Shown here: positions 33,980-43,824 of the stretch, piece after piece
How the letters are laid out: the number at the start of each line of letters is the position of its first letter
Position numbering within the stretch: the stretch's first letter is position 1
NCBI GenBank assembly: GCA_963785725.1
Contig: CAWAWS010000029.1
Location: 64,001-128,000, forward strand
From: an uncultured delta proteobacterium
Lineage (GTDB): Bacteria > Myxococcota_A > Polyangia > Palsa-1104
Direction: 5' to 3'
Length of the DNA: 64,000 bases
Notes under the pieces: model-generated
Told to the model about the DNA's origin: nothing
Seen by the model: only the letters and a program-made list of their open reading frames with translations
Databases searched by the model: none
Translations under genes and position numbers: made by a program

Positions 33980-35148
33980 GTCACCCTCAAGATCCAGCAC
34001 TTCAGATACTCGGTTTCGGGCACGCCGAGAAGCGGCGGATGATCGCGACCGGCGCCGCGACGCTCGATGAGCTGCACGCGCCGGCCGGCGTCGCGCGCGG
34101 CGTCCTCGACGACGGCGCCGAAGCGTTCGGGCGTCATCTTGCCCGAGCAGCTGCAGGTCACGAGGATGCCGCCCTCCTTGCACAAGCGAAGGCCGCGTAA
34201 ATTGAGCTCTTTGTAGGCGCGCTCGGCCGCACCGTAGGCGCTCTTGCGCTTGGCCAGCGCCGGCGGATCGATGACGACGACGTCGAAGCTGCGCCCGTCG
34301 CCTTCGAGCTGCCGCAGCCGATCGAAGGCGTTGCCTTGCTCGACCGTCACCTGCGCCAGCTGATTGCGCTTGGCGTTCTCTTTGGCGCGCGCGACCGCCG
34401 GCGCCGCTTCGTCGATCGCCAGCACCGACGTCGCGCCGCCGCGCGCCAGCGCCAACGCGAAGCCGCCGTGATACGTGAACGCGTCCAAGCATTCGCCGCG
34501 CGCATACTCGCCGGCCCGCGCGTGATTCTCCGCTTGATCGAGGAATCCGCCGGTCTTGCCGTCGGCCATGACGTCGACTTCGTAGGCGTTGCCGGCGTCG
34601 TGATAGCGCACCAGCGTCGGCCCGTCGCCGCGCAAGATGGCGCGCCGGCGCGGCAGGCCCTCGAAGTCGCGCGCCGACGAGTCATCGCGCGCGACCACGA
34701 GCCGCGCGCCCGTGACCGCTTGAATGAGGCGCGCCAGCTCGTCCTCGCGCGCGTCCATCGCGCGCGCGCCGGTCTGCAGCACGCACACGTCGCCGTAGCG
34801 ATCGACGACGAGGCCGGGCAGCCCATCGGCCTCGGCGTGCACCATGCGGTAGGCGTCGGCGTGCGGCATGAGCCGGCGGCGCAGCTCGTCGGCCGCGCGC
34901 AGCCGCGTCTCCAGCAGCGCCGCGTCGACCGTCACGGCCGCGCGCGCGACCAGGCGCAGCGGCAACTGCGCGCCCGGCGCCCACAACGCCGTGCCGAGCA
35001 GCTGACCGCGCGCGTCGTGCACGCGGACGACGTCGGCGCCGCCCGACGCGTCGCGGCTGACGTCGTCGGCATACACCCACGGATGGCCGGCGCGCAGGCG
35101 GGCCGCGCCTTTGGCCGAGACCGTGACCACCGACTCCGAAGCGGACAT
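33976..35148 (-). CDS. rlmI: RlmI-family SAM-dependent rRNA methyltransferase
   Basis: GHPWVY PUA domain, EADGLPGLVVDRYG, KTGGFLDQ, DPPAL, TCSCS, ETEYLK. Confidence 0.88.
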   Translation of the reverse strand: MSASESVVTVSAKGAARLRAGHPWVYADDVSRDASGGADVVRVHDARGQLLGTALWAPGAQLPLRLVARAAVTVDAALLETRLRAADELRRRLMPHADAYRMVHAEADGLPGLVVDRYGDVCVLQTGARAMDAREDELARLIQAVTGARLVVARDDSSARDFEGLPRRRAILRGDGPTLVRYHDAGNAYEVDVMADGKTGGFLDQAENHARAGEYARGECLDAFTYHGGFALALARGGATSVLAIDEAAPAVARAKENAKRNQLAQVTVEQGNAFDRLRQLEGDGRSFDVVVIDPPALAKRKSAYGAAERAYKELNLRGLRLCKEGGILVTCSCSGKMTPERFGAVVEDAARDAGRRVQLIERRGAGRDHPPLLGVPETEYLKCWILRVT

Positions 35149-35197
35149 CCCGCTTGCTTAACACGCGGGCACGAGCAGTGCATCTGGACTCATCCTC

Positions 35198-36067
35198 ATG
35201 AGCCTGACGCAGAGAGAGCTCGCGGAAAAACAGCGGGCACGCGAGCACGAAGACCAAGAAAAGCGGCTGATTTATGCCGCCGGGCTCAAAGCCCTGGTCG
35301 ACGAGCGGGCGCCGTTCCTCGTCGGTGGCGGCTTCGCGCTCTACAGCTATCTCGGCCGCTGGCGAACGACGAAAGACGTCGACATCTTCATCCAAGCCGA
35401 CGACTTGCACTCGGTCCTGCACATCATGATGCGCGCCGGCTTCCAGTGCGAGATCACCGACGTGGCCTGGCTCGCCAAAGCGCGTCAAGGCGACGCCTGC
35501 ATCGACATCATCTTTTGCAGCTACAACGGCCTGTTTCCCGTCGACAAAGGCTGGTTCGACAACGCCCGCCGCGCGCTCGTCCTCGGCATGCAGTGCAAGG
35601 TCGTCGGCCCCGAAGAGATCATCGCCTCCAAGTCGTTCGTGGCCGCGCGCGATCGCTTCGACGGCGCCGACATCTCGTGGCTCATCCGCGCCACGGCGCA
35701 CAAGCTCGACTGGGATCGCATCGAGCATCTGATGCGCGAGCATTGGGAGATCCTGCTCTGGCAAATGCTGCATTTTTTGTATGTTTTCCCGTCGGAGCGA
35801 CATCTGTTGCCGGCGGCGATGATCGATCGCCTGACGCACAAGCTGACGGCCGAGGTGCACTCGGACGACTACGAGCCGCTCATCTGTCGCGGGCCCATGC
35901 TCGATCCGCGGCTGTATCAGGCGGAGATCGTCGTGCGCGGCGCCGCCGATCCGCGACCGCGGCGCAACTTGGTGCCGCTCGACCAGCCGTTCGCCGATGG
36001 CTTCGACGACGAGTGCGAGCAGCAGGAAGAGCCGCCGCCCGCCGAGCTCGTCGCCGAAGGCTCGTAA
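35198..36067 (+). CDS. Nucleotidyltransferase family protein
   Basis: FLVGGGFAL...RTTKDVDIF (GG..DxD), IDIIF, DGADI. Confidence 0.82.
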   Translation: MSLTQRELAEKQRAREHEDQEKRLIYAAGLKALVDERAPFLVGGGFALYSYLGRWRTTKDVDIFIQADDLHSVLHIMMRAGFQCEITDVAWLAKARQGDACIDIIFCSYNGLFPVDKGWFDNARRALVLGMQCKVVGPEEIIASKSFVAARDRFDGADISWLIRATAHKLDWDRIEHLMREHWEILLWQMLHFLYVFPSERHLLPAAMIDRLTHKLTAEVHSDDYEPLICRGPMLDPRLYQAEIVVRGAADPRPRRNLVPLDQPFADGFDDECEQQEEPPPAELVAEGS

Positions 36068-36086
36068 TCGCGCCGGCCGAAACGAC

Positions 36087-36120
36087 GACGCCCGCTGGCG
36101 AGGCCGGCGGGGCGTTCTTT
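36087..36120. terminator. GC hairpin between convergent genes
   Basis: GACGCCCGCTGGC-GAG-GCCGGCGGGGCGTT-CTTT. Confidence 0.4.
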
Positions 36121-36178
36121 GATGCAGCGGATGTGGCTGGAGTCGGCAGCCTAGCCGCGACGCGGCGTCGGCGAGAGG

Positions 36179-36337
36179 CTAGACGGTGCGCGGTCGCGTA
36201 AACAGCGTGGCCATGACGGCGACGATGGCGGCGATCAGCAAGAAGTGAACGCCGTTGCCGATCGGGATGACGCCCGCGACGCCGATCATCCACAAGAAGA
36301 GAAGCACGCCGGCCGTCATCCACATCAGATAGAGCAT
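36179..36337 (-). CDS. 52-aa two-TM protein (lmo0937/DUF5670-like)
   Basis: MLYLMWMTAGVLLFLWMIGVAGVIPIGNGVHFLLIAAIVAVMATLFTRPRTV*. Confidence 0.72.
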   Translation of the reverse strand: MLYLMWMTAGVLLFLWMIGVAGVIPIGNGVHFLLIAAIVAVMATLFTRPRTV

Positions 36338-36412
36338 GCCTACGTGCCTTACAAGCGGCGTGCCGCTCGATCGCGTTACCGTGGCCTCCTGATTGCATCG
36401 ACCATCGAAATC

Positions 36413-36778
36413 ATGCGTGTGCTGATCGTGGACGATTATCCGGGGCTGATCGAGCTGTACGACTTGGCGCTGCGTGCCCGTGGCTTCGAGGTGGTCGGCG
36501 CGGCGACGGCCGGCGAGGCGATGACGCTGGCGGCGACGCAGCCGTTCGATGCCGTGGTGCTCGATTTCGAATTGCCCGATGGCTCCGGTCCCGATCTGGC
36601 GATGCGCATGCGCTCTATTCCGTCACTGGAGAACGCCAAATTCGTCGGCATGTCGAGCTACGAGAGTGAAGTAGGGAAGCGCTTTGACGCCTTCTTGCCC
36701 AAGCCGTTCCATCCCAAGAAGCTCGCGTCGATCTTGCGCAAGCTGATGGCGCCGCCGAAGTCGAACGCCGCCGCGTAA
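36413..36778 (+). CDS. Single-domain response regulator
   Basis: MRVLIVDD, VLDFELPDGSG, LPKPF. Confidence 0.88.
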   Translation: MRVLIVDDYPGLIELYDLALRARGFEVVGAATAGEAMTLAATQPFDAVVLDFELPDGSGPDLAMRMRSIPSLENAKFVGMSSYESEVGKRFDAFLPKPFHPKKLASILRKLMAPPKSNAAA

Positions 36779-36976
36779 TTGCGCGCGACGCGCCGCGGCT
36801 GTCACCGCCTGGCGCACGCCTGCCCACCGAATGTGCTCTTCGTGCGCATGCGCGTTTCGGCGTAGGTGCGGCACATTGAGCAATAATTTTCCATGGCTGC
36901 GCAAATCTTGCCGCGGCGGCCGGGCGCACGTCGGCCGCCCCATTGGCCGAGCGGCTGCGCGTGCTACGATCGCTTC

Positions 36977-38272
36977 ATGAGCGTGTACGCGCAGCGACGG
37001 CAGAGCTTCATGGAGCGCATCGGGCCGAAGGCGGTCGCCGTCATCGGCGGCAAGCGCCTCACCGTGCGCAACAGCGACGTGGAGCATCGTTTTCGGCAGA
37101 CGTCCGACCTGTGGTATTTGACCGGCTTCACCGAGCCCGAGTCGCTGGCGGTCATCGCGCCCGGCCGCGCCGAGAAGCTGACGATGTTCGTCCGCCCGCG
37201 CGATCCCGAGCGCGAGACGTGGACCGGACGGCGCGCCGGCCTCGAAGGCGCGCGCAGCCGCTTCGGCGCCGACGCCGCGTTCTCGATCGACGCGCTCACC
37301 GCCGAATTGCCCAAGCTGCTCGACGGCGCCGAGGAAGTGCTTTTCATTCCCGGTGACGACCCGGAGCTCGATCGGGCCATTCTCGCGGCCGTGGCGTCGG
37401 CGCGTCAGGCCGAGCGGCGGGGCTTGCGCGCGCCGCGGCGGCTCGGCGATCTGCGCTGGACGTTGCACGAATTGCGGCTCATCAAAGACGACGACGCGCT
37501 CGGCAAGATGCGGCGCGCGGCGGCGGTGACGCGCGAAGCGCACACGGCGGCCATGCGCGCGGCGCGCGACGGCGTGCACGAATACGAGATCGAGGCGCTC
37601 GTCGATTACACCTTCCGCAAAGCGGGCGGTCATCCCGGTTACGGCACCATCGTCGGCGGCGGCGAGAACGCGACCATCCTGCATTACGTCGACAACGACC
37701 GGCCGCTCAAGCAGGGCGAGCTCTTGCTCATCGACGCCGGCTGCGAGATCGACGGCTTCACGGCCGACGTCACGCGCACGTTCCCCATCGGCGCGCGCTT
37801 CACGCCGGCGCAGCGCCGCTGTTACGAGCTCGTGCTCGCCGTCGAAAAGGCGTGCATCGCCAGCGTCGCGCCGGGCCACGACATCGACGCCATTCACGAG
37901 CAAGCGGTCGATTTGTTGACGCGCGGCATGATCGAGTTGGGCCTGCTCAAGGGCGACAAGGCGCAGCTCATCGCCGACGGCTCGTACAAGCGGTTTTACA
38001 TGCATCGCACGTCGCATTGGCTGGGCATGGACGTGCACGACGTCGGCATCTACGCGCCCGACGGCAAGTCGCGGCCGTTCGCGGCCGGCATGGTGCTCAC
38101 CGTCGAGCCTGGGCTCTACATCGCCGCCGACGCGCAGGATGTGGCCGAGGAATATCGCGGCATCGGCATTCGCATCGAAGACGACATCCTCGTCACTGCG
38201 AACGGCTACGAGAACCTGACGATCGCCGTGCCCAAAGAAGTCGCCGACGTCGAAGCGCTGACGACCGCCTAG
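36977..38272 (+). CDS. pepP: Xaa-Pro aminopeptidase (M24B)
   Basis: FRQTSDLWYLTGF, LHY, IDAGCE, ADVTRTFP, SHWLGMDVHD, TVEPG, GIRIEDD. Confidence 0.95.
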   Translation: MSVYAQRRQSFMERIGPKAVAVIGGKRLTVRNSDVEHRFRQTSDLWYLTGFTEPESLAVIAPGRAEKLTMFVRPRDPERETWTGRRAGLEGARSRFGADAAFSIDALTAELPKLLDGAEEVLFIPGDDPELDRAILAAVASARQAERRGLRAPRRLGDLRWTLHELRLIKDDDALGKMRRAAAVTREAHTAAMRAARDGVHEYEIEALVDYTFRKAGGHPGYGTIVGGGENATILHYVDNDRPLKQGELLLIDAGCEIDGFTADVTRTFPIGARFTPAQRRCYELVLAVEKACIASVAPGHDIDAIHEQAVDLLTRGMIELGLLKGDKAQLIADGSYKRFYMHRTSHWLGMDVHDVGIYAPDGKSRPFAAGMVLTVEPGLYIAADAQDVAEEYRGIGIRIEDDILVTANGYENLTIAVPKEVADVEALTTA

Positions 38273-38281
38273 TCACGACGA

Positions 38282-38776
38282 TCAACAGACGACGAGCGCG
38301 ATGCCCTCGACGGCCTGGATCGCTTCGGCGACCTCTTCGGGCGTCGAATCCTCTTCGTTCACTTGGTCCGCGAAATAGCCCTTCGACAGAATGACCATGT
38401 CGTAGGCGCCGGCGGCGGCTTCGTCGGCGATGGCCTGCGCGCCGCCTTCGGAGTCGGCCTCGTCGGCGAACAGGTAGTCGATCTGCCCGTCGACGACGTT
38501 GCGCGCGTAGAGCAGCGAGCGCGCCTCTTCGAGGCCGGCGATCTGGCCGTCGCGCCACGCCTCGAGGTCTTTGCCGTCGAAGTCGCCGGCGTTGGGGCTG
38601 ACGTCGAGCTCGTCGGGCGAGCCGTCGGCGTCGTCGTCGTAGACCTGCTCGGGCGGGCGTACGCGGCAAAAGACGAACGTGATCAGCCCGCCTTCGGAGC
38701 CGACGATGTCACCGGCGCGCACGACCGAGTCGTAGAACCGTTCGCTCGGATAAACCGGGACCAAGATCTTCTTCAT
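38282..38776 (-). CDS. Acidic universal stress protein-like
   Basis: MKKILVPV..., AQAIADEA...YDMVILS, ends LVVC. Confidence 0.7.
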   Translation of the reverse strand: MKKILVPVYPSERFYDSVVRAGDIVGSEGGLITFVFCRVRPPEQVYDDDADGSPDELDVSPNAGDFDGKDLEAWRDGQIAGLEEARSLLYARNVVDGQIDYLFADEADSEGGAQAIADEAAAGAYDMVILSKGYFADQVNEEDSTPEEVAEAIQAVEGIALVVC

Positions 38777-38897
38777 GTCGTTGTCCTCGCTCGAGGTCGC
38801 GGCGTGCGACCCGCGTCGCCGGCGCCCGGCGGCGCCGACCCGAAGTCTTCGACGGATGTAGAAGCAAGGATGAAGCCGAATTGCGCGGTGTCGAGCG

Positions 38898-39296
38898 CTA
38901 CTGCAAGTGCGTGAAGGCGTGCGTGATCTTGTGGATCGCCTTGCCGTTCGGATCGACGTGCGCGCGATCGGCGACGGCGAGCAGGACGCGACCGTTACCG
39001 AGCACGGCGGCCGTCGCGGCGCTGGCCGCCCAGGCCTCGCCCGCTTTCTTGCCGAGCGCCAGCGCGTCGAGCGAGCCGTATTCGCACACGACCGAGTCGA
39101 CGCCCTCGATCTTGCCGGTCATGCACTTCTCGGCGTGAAACGCCGTCGCGTCACCGGCCGCGAAGTTCTCGGTCTTGAGATCGGCCTTGGCGAAGGCGTC
39201 CGACACTTTTTGCAGCTGCCCGTCGCCGTCGGTCTTGGCCTTATGACAACCGCCGCCGAGCAGCATCAGCGTCAACAGCGTGAGCGCGCGCTTCAT
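38898..39296 (-). CDS. Hypothetical lipoprotein
   Basis: MKRALTLLTLMLLGGGC; ATGA overlap with the upstream gene. Confidence 0.75.
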   Translation of the reverse strand: MKRALTLLTLMLLGGGCHKAKTDGDGQLQKVSDAFAKADLKTENFAAGDATAFHAEKCMTGKIEGVDSVVCEYGSLDALALGKKAGEAWAASAATAAVLGNGRVLLAVADRAHVDPNGKAIHKITHAFTHLQ

Positions 39297-40141
39297 CGGT
39301 GCCACCCGCCGTGCTTGCCTTCGTGGTGCTCGACGCGCTCTTCGTGATGGACGACGCGCTCTTCGTGGCGGACGACGCGCTCTTCGTGTCCCCAGCGGCC
39401 GCCGCGCTCGCGATGTTCCCAGTGGCCGTTGCCGCCGCCGACGAGCACCGGGCCGGGCGCGCCGACGACGACGCCGGGCGGACCGGGAACGCCGACACCG
39501 ACGACGACATGCGGCGCCGGCGGCACGAACACGCCCGGGCCGTGCACTTCGACGGACACGCCGGGCGGTCCCGGCGGCATGAACACGCCCGGCCCGCGCA
39601 CTTCGAGCGCCGGACCGGCGACGTAGACTTCGCCATGCCACTCCGGCGGCGGCGCCACTTCAATCGTCGGGCGGAACGAGACATAGGGCCGATATTCGGC
39701 GTTGACCAGCTTCACGCGATGCGGCTTGACGTAGACCTCGGGAATCGGCGCGACATAAAAGGCGACGCCGTTCTTCTGCGTGTACTCGGGCGTCGACGGC
39801 GCGGGATAGGGATGAAAGTGCGGCCCTTCGATCAAGCAGTAGACCGGCTCGGTCGCGCCTTCGACGACGATCGGATGATGGCCGTAAAACGGATGCTTCT
39901 CGCCGTCGTAACCGAAGGGCGTCGGATCGGCCGCGAAGACGTACTCGCCATCGACTTGCTGATACAGGTTCGGATGATCGGGCCCGTACAGATGAAGGTG
40001 CGGCGCCTCGATGTAGCAGTAACCACCACCATGCTTGGCGGCGATGGGATGCGGGCCCAAATAACGGACCTGCGCGGCGTCGGCGCGGGCGGCCAACAGC
40101 GCCAACAGCGTGAAAACGAACATGAGCGTACGTACTCGCAT
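39293..40141 (-). CDS. Secreted His/Pro-rich protein with duplicated H-C-H-H motif
   Basis: Signal ADA/AQ; HPI...CYIEAPHLH and HPI...CLIEGPHFH; PGV repeats; HEERVV repeats. Confidence 0.78.
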   Translation of the reverse strand: MRVRTLMFVFTLLALLAARADAAQVRYLGPHPIAAKHGGGYCYIEAPHLHLYGPDHPNLYQQVDGEYVFAADPTPFGYDGEKHPFYGHHPIVVEGATEPVYCLIEGPHFHPYPAPSTPEYTQKNGVAFYVAPIPEVYVKPHRVKLVNAEYRPYVSFRPTIEVAPPPEWHGEVYVAGPALEVRGPGVFMPPGPPGVSVEVHGPGVFVPPAPHVVVGVGVPGPPGVVVGAPGPVLVGGGNGHWEHRERGGRWGHEERVVRHEERVVHHEERVEHHEGKHGGWHR

Positions 40142-40153
40142 GCGACTCCCGTG

Positions 40154-40169
40154 AGCAGCGGCCGTGCCA
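40154..40169 (-). promoter_or_regulatory. Sigma54 promoter
   Basis: TGGCACGGCCGCTGCT. Confidence 0.7.
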
Positions 40170-40310
40170 CCGCCAAGGCCATGATTTTATCAGGTGCGGA
40201 CGCGTCATGCCGGCGCCGTTTTGCTCCGCGGCGCAAAAATGCGCCGGCGGCGGCGCGCAGAGTGACCCACGTCGACGCCGGCGCGATTCGGCGTGTTAGG
40301 ATGCCGGCCC

Positions 40311-41508
40311 GTGTCGTCGGTCAATCTGTACGCGAAGGAGATCTCGCTCAAGATCGTTTATTACGGTCCCGGACTCGGCGGTAAGACGAGCTCGCTGCAA
40401 TATATTCATCGCGCCATCAAGCCCGACGCGCGCGGCCAGCTGGTGTCGCTGTCGACGGGCGTCGATCGCACGCTCTACTTCGATTTCCTGCCGGTGAAGC
40501 TGCCCAAGCTGCGCGGCTACACGGTGCGCGTGCAGCTCTACACGGTGCCGGGGCAGGTGCATTACAACTCGACGCGCAAGCTGGTCTTGACCGGCGCCGA
40601 CGGCATCGTCTTCGTCGCTGATTCGCAGAAGGCGCGGCGCGAGGCGAACGTAGAGAGCTTCCAGAACCTGCAGGAGAACTTGCGCGAGCAGGGGTTGGCG
40701 CTCGATCGCCTGCCGCATCTCCTGCAGTACAACAAGCGCGACATGCCGGAGCTGATGTCGACGTCGGAGCTGGACGCGGCGCTCAATCCTTACCGCGTGC
40801 TCGCGCTCGAGACGTCGGCGGCGACGGGGCTCGGCGTCTTCGAGGCGCTCAAGTCGATCACGACGCTCGTGCTGTCGGATCTGCGGCGGCGCGGCGTGTG
40901 GCGCGCCGATGGGCCGACGACGAATCCGGGCATGCCGGCGGCGCCGCCGTCTTCGGTCGACCCGACGACGACGCCGCTCTTGGGCGAGGTCGTGCCGCCG
41001 TCGGAGCTGCGCGACGAGCCGTCGACCGCGTCGATGCCGAAGGAGCCGGGGACCGAATCCGTCGAGCTCGATCGCGCAGTCGCTGCAGCTGTTGGCCGAG
41101 CGCGAGGAGCCGCCGCCGCCGTCGCTGTCGCCGCTCAAGCCGGAGGAGCCGGTCGTCGACGGCGGGAAGCTGGCGCGCGGGGCCGGCTTGTCGGAGATGC
41201 TGCCGCCGGGCGCGCTGCGCGACGCCATCGTCAGCGTCGAGTACCTCGTGCATCGCGGGGATTACGCGGGCGCGGTGGCGGCGGCGGCGCGCACGTTCAA
41301 CGAGGCGGCGCGCGCGGGCGCGACGGTGGCGGGCGCGTCGAGCGGCGAAGGCCCGGCGTTGCACGCGCTCATGTTGGGCCTGCCGGGCGAGCGTTATTTG
41401 CGCTTTCGCGACACGGTGGCGCGGGCGGCGTCGGGCGGCGCGTCGTCGGCGGACGCGCTGTTCACGATCTTCTTCCTCGTCGACACGGCGCTGCGCACCA
41501 AGGGCTGA
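40311..41508 (+). CDS. MglA-like small GTPase with C-terminal extension; +1 frameshift near 41047-41050
   Basis: KIVYYGPGLGGKT, RTLYFDF, TVPGQ, VFVADS, YNKRD; second frame continues PNPSSSIAQSL...VDTALRTKG*. Confidence 0.85.
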
Positions 41509-41554
41509 GCCACGCGGCGCGAACGCGCTGGCGCGGCGTGAGCCGAGCGCGCCG

Positions 41555-42265
41555 TCAGGCGGGCGTGCGCGCGCGGCGTGACGCGTGGGCGATGGCGAGG
41601 CCGCGCGCCAGCATCGGCTGCATCGGGCCGCTCGCGATCGCGGTCAAGGCCGGGCCGGCGCTGGCGGGCGAGCCGGCGTCGAACGGCGGCGCCGGGGCGT
41701 ATTCCATCGCCAGCTGCGTCACTTTGGCGGCGATTTCACCGCGCAGCTCGGCGAGCAACGTCAGGCCGAAGTCGATGCCGGCCGTGACGCCGCCGCCGGT
41801 CACGCGATTGCGATCGACGACGACGCGCGCGTGGACGCCTTCGACGCCGAGCGCCGCCAGCGCTTCGTAGGCCGCCCAGTGCGTCGCCGCTTTGTAGCCG
41901 TCGAGCAGGCCGGCGGCGCCGAGCACGAGCGCGCCCGAGCAGACCGACGTCACGTAGCGCGCGCGCGCCCCGCGATCGGCGAGAAAGCCGAGGACCTCGG
42001 CGTCCTCCATGATCTCGTTCGAGCCGAGGCCGCCGGGCACGAAGAGCACGTCGAGGTCGCGCGGGCAGTCGGCGAACGTCGTCGTCGGCAACAGCGCGAT
42101 GCCGCCGTCGGTGAGGACGGGATCGCGCGTCTTCCAGGCGAGATGGGTGACGCCGTGCTGGCCGAGCGCGGCTTGCGGGCCGGCGAAGTCGAGCAGCGTC
42201 ATGCCGGGATAGATGAGCATGCCGAGCTGCAGCGGGGGCGGATTGGCGGCGAGCGGTGTCGTCAT
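41555..42265 (-). CDS. DJ-1/PfpI family (isonitrile hydratase-like)
   Basis: LDFAGP, FVPGG, TSVCSG, ATHW, GGVTAGIDF, EYAPAPPF. Confidence 0.9.
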   Translation of the reverse strand: MTTPLAANPPPLQLGMLIYPGMTLLDFAGPQAALGQHGVTHLAWKTRDPVLTDGGIALLPTTTFADCPRDLDVLFVPGGLGSNEIMEDAEVLGFLADRGARARYVTSVCSGALVLGAAGLLDGYKAATHWAAYEALAALGVEGVHARVVVDRNRVTGGGVTAGIDFGLTLLAELRGEIAAKVTQLAMEYAPAPPFDAGSPASAGPALTAIASGPMQPMLARGLAIAHASRRARTPA

Positions 42266-42535
42266 CGAAGTCTCCTCGTGCGCGACGTGCGCGACGTCTC
42301 ACGTGTACGCGGGCCGGCGGGCGCGAACGAGCGGCATTACGGACAATGGTCGCGCGAATCGCGCCAAATTCGGCGGCGGATGCGGCGATGCGCGATGGCA
42401 CCGAGGCCGCTCGCTGGAGCGCCGTCGGGCCGGCCACCGGGGATCGAGCCGACACGTGATTGGTTTATGAAGGGCGCCGTATCGCAGCGCCGACGTCACG
42501 CCACCAGATCCGGACAGACGGGCGCGAATGAGCGG

Positions 42536-43117
42536 TTAGAACGCGAAGCGGGCGCCGATGCCGAAGTCCCACGTGCCGTAGAAGGCGGTGCCGCCGTTGG
42601 CGTTGTTGTAGAAGCCGGCGCCGAGCGTGAAGTTGGTCTCGAGGCCGACGCCGAGCCATTTCAGGAGGTAATAGTGCACGCCGCCGCCGAAGCGGAAGAT
42701 GAAGGCGCCGAACGTCGGATCGTAGAAGAGCGCGTCACCGCCGAAGCCGGCGCGCACGAACGGGACGAGCGGGATCGGGATGAGCTTCTCGAACGTCAAC
42801 ATCGCGAAGGCCCACAGCTGCAAGTCGCCGCCGCAGTTGTGGACGTCGCAGCTGAAGACGCCGGCCGTGTAGTTGATGCCGCCGCCGAGCCAGATGCCGC
42901 CGATCGACAAGGGCGCGATGAGGCCCGCGATGTCGGTGGTGAGCTTGTAGCCGGACGGGCTCAGGGTCTCGAAGCCGGCCTGCACGCCGACGACGCTGAC
43001 GCCGACCTGCAGCTTGCCGGGAAAGAGCTCGGGACCGTGGCTTTGGACCTGCGCGCTGGCCGGCGCGCTCGAGGCAAGGATTACCGCGGCGGCCAATACG
43101 AGCGTCAGTGTACGCAT
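42536..43117 (-). CDS. Outer-membrane beta-barrel protein
   Basis: Signal ASA/Q, amphipathic strands, terminal GARFAF. Confidence 0.72.
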   Translation of the reverse strand: MRTLTLVLAAAVILASSAPASAQVQSHGPELFPGKLQVGVSVVGVQAGFETLSPSGYKLTTDIAGLIAPLSIGGIWLGGGINYTAGVFSCDVHNCGGDLQLWAFAMLTFEKLIPIPLVPFVRAGFGGDALFYDPTFGAFIFRFGGGVHYYLLKWLGVGLETNFTLGAGFYNNANGGTAFYGTWDFGIGARFAF

Positions 43118-43133
43118 CAACGTCTCCTCGTCG

Positions 43134-43763
43134 TCACAGGAAGAATTCGGCGCCGAGCATGAAGTCGACGTAGCCGAAGAAGTCGGTATACGAATGCTGA
43201 ATTCCGCAAGCGGCGCCGGCGCCATGGAACGATGGGCCGCCGGCGAAGTCGATCTTGAGGCCGACGCCGATCTTCTTGGTCAAGAAGTACATGGCGCCGC
43301 CGCCGGTGCGGATGACGGGCACGCCGGCGCCGTTGTCGCCGCAGTCGCGGTTGTAGAGCACCTCGACGCCCGCTTGCACCGGCGCTTCGATGACGAGCGG
43401 AATGCGCTGCAACGCCCATTTCAGCTTGATGCCCGCCAAGAGCTCGAGCGCCCAGCCACCGCGATAACAGGTCGAGCCGACGACGCCGTTGGCGCACAGG
43501 CCGTCGCCGTTGCCGAAGCCGAAGTTGTTGCCGATGCTGACGTCGAACCAGATGAACGGGTGGAAGCGATAGGCGTAGTCGGCCTCGAGCTTGTAGCCGG
43601 AGGTGCCGGTGTCGTAGTGGCCGCCGAAGCCCGCTTGAAAGCCGGTGTGGACCGAGATCTCGTTGCGCGAAGGGAAGACTTCGGGGACGCCCGCTTGCAC
43701 GTCGGCGCGCGCGACGCCGGCGAGGGCGCCGAGGATCAACAGAGGAAGCAGTAACCGGGACAT
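43134..43763 (-). CDS. Outer-membrane beta-barrel protein (paralog of neighbour)
   Basis: Signal ARA/D; shares PExFP, QAGF, SGYKL and GVGL with neighbour; terminal GAEFFL. Confidence 0.72.
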   Translation of the reverse strand: MSRLLLPLLILGALAGVARADVQAGVPEVFPSRNEISVHTGFQAGFGGHYDTGTSGYKLEADYAYRFHPFIWFDVSIGNNFGFGNGDGLCANGVVGSTCYRGGWALELLAGIKLKWALQRIPLVIEAPVQAGVEVLYNRDCGDNGAGVPVIRTGGGAMYFLTKKIGVGLKIDFAGGPSFHGAGAACGIQHSYTDFFGYVDFMLGAEFFL

Positions 43764-43824
43764 GGGGCGGATTCTAGGCACCCGCGACGCGCGCGAGCAA
43801 CTTTCGGCTACACTCGCGCACGAT

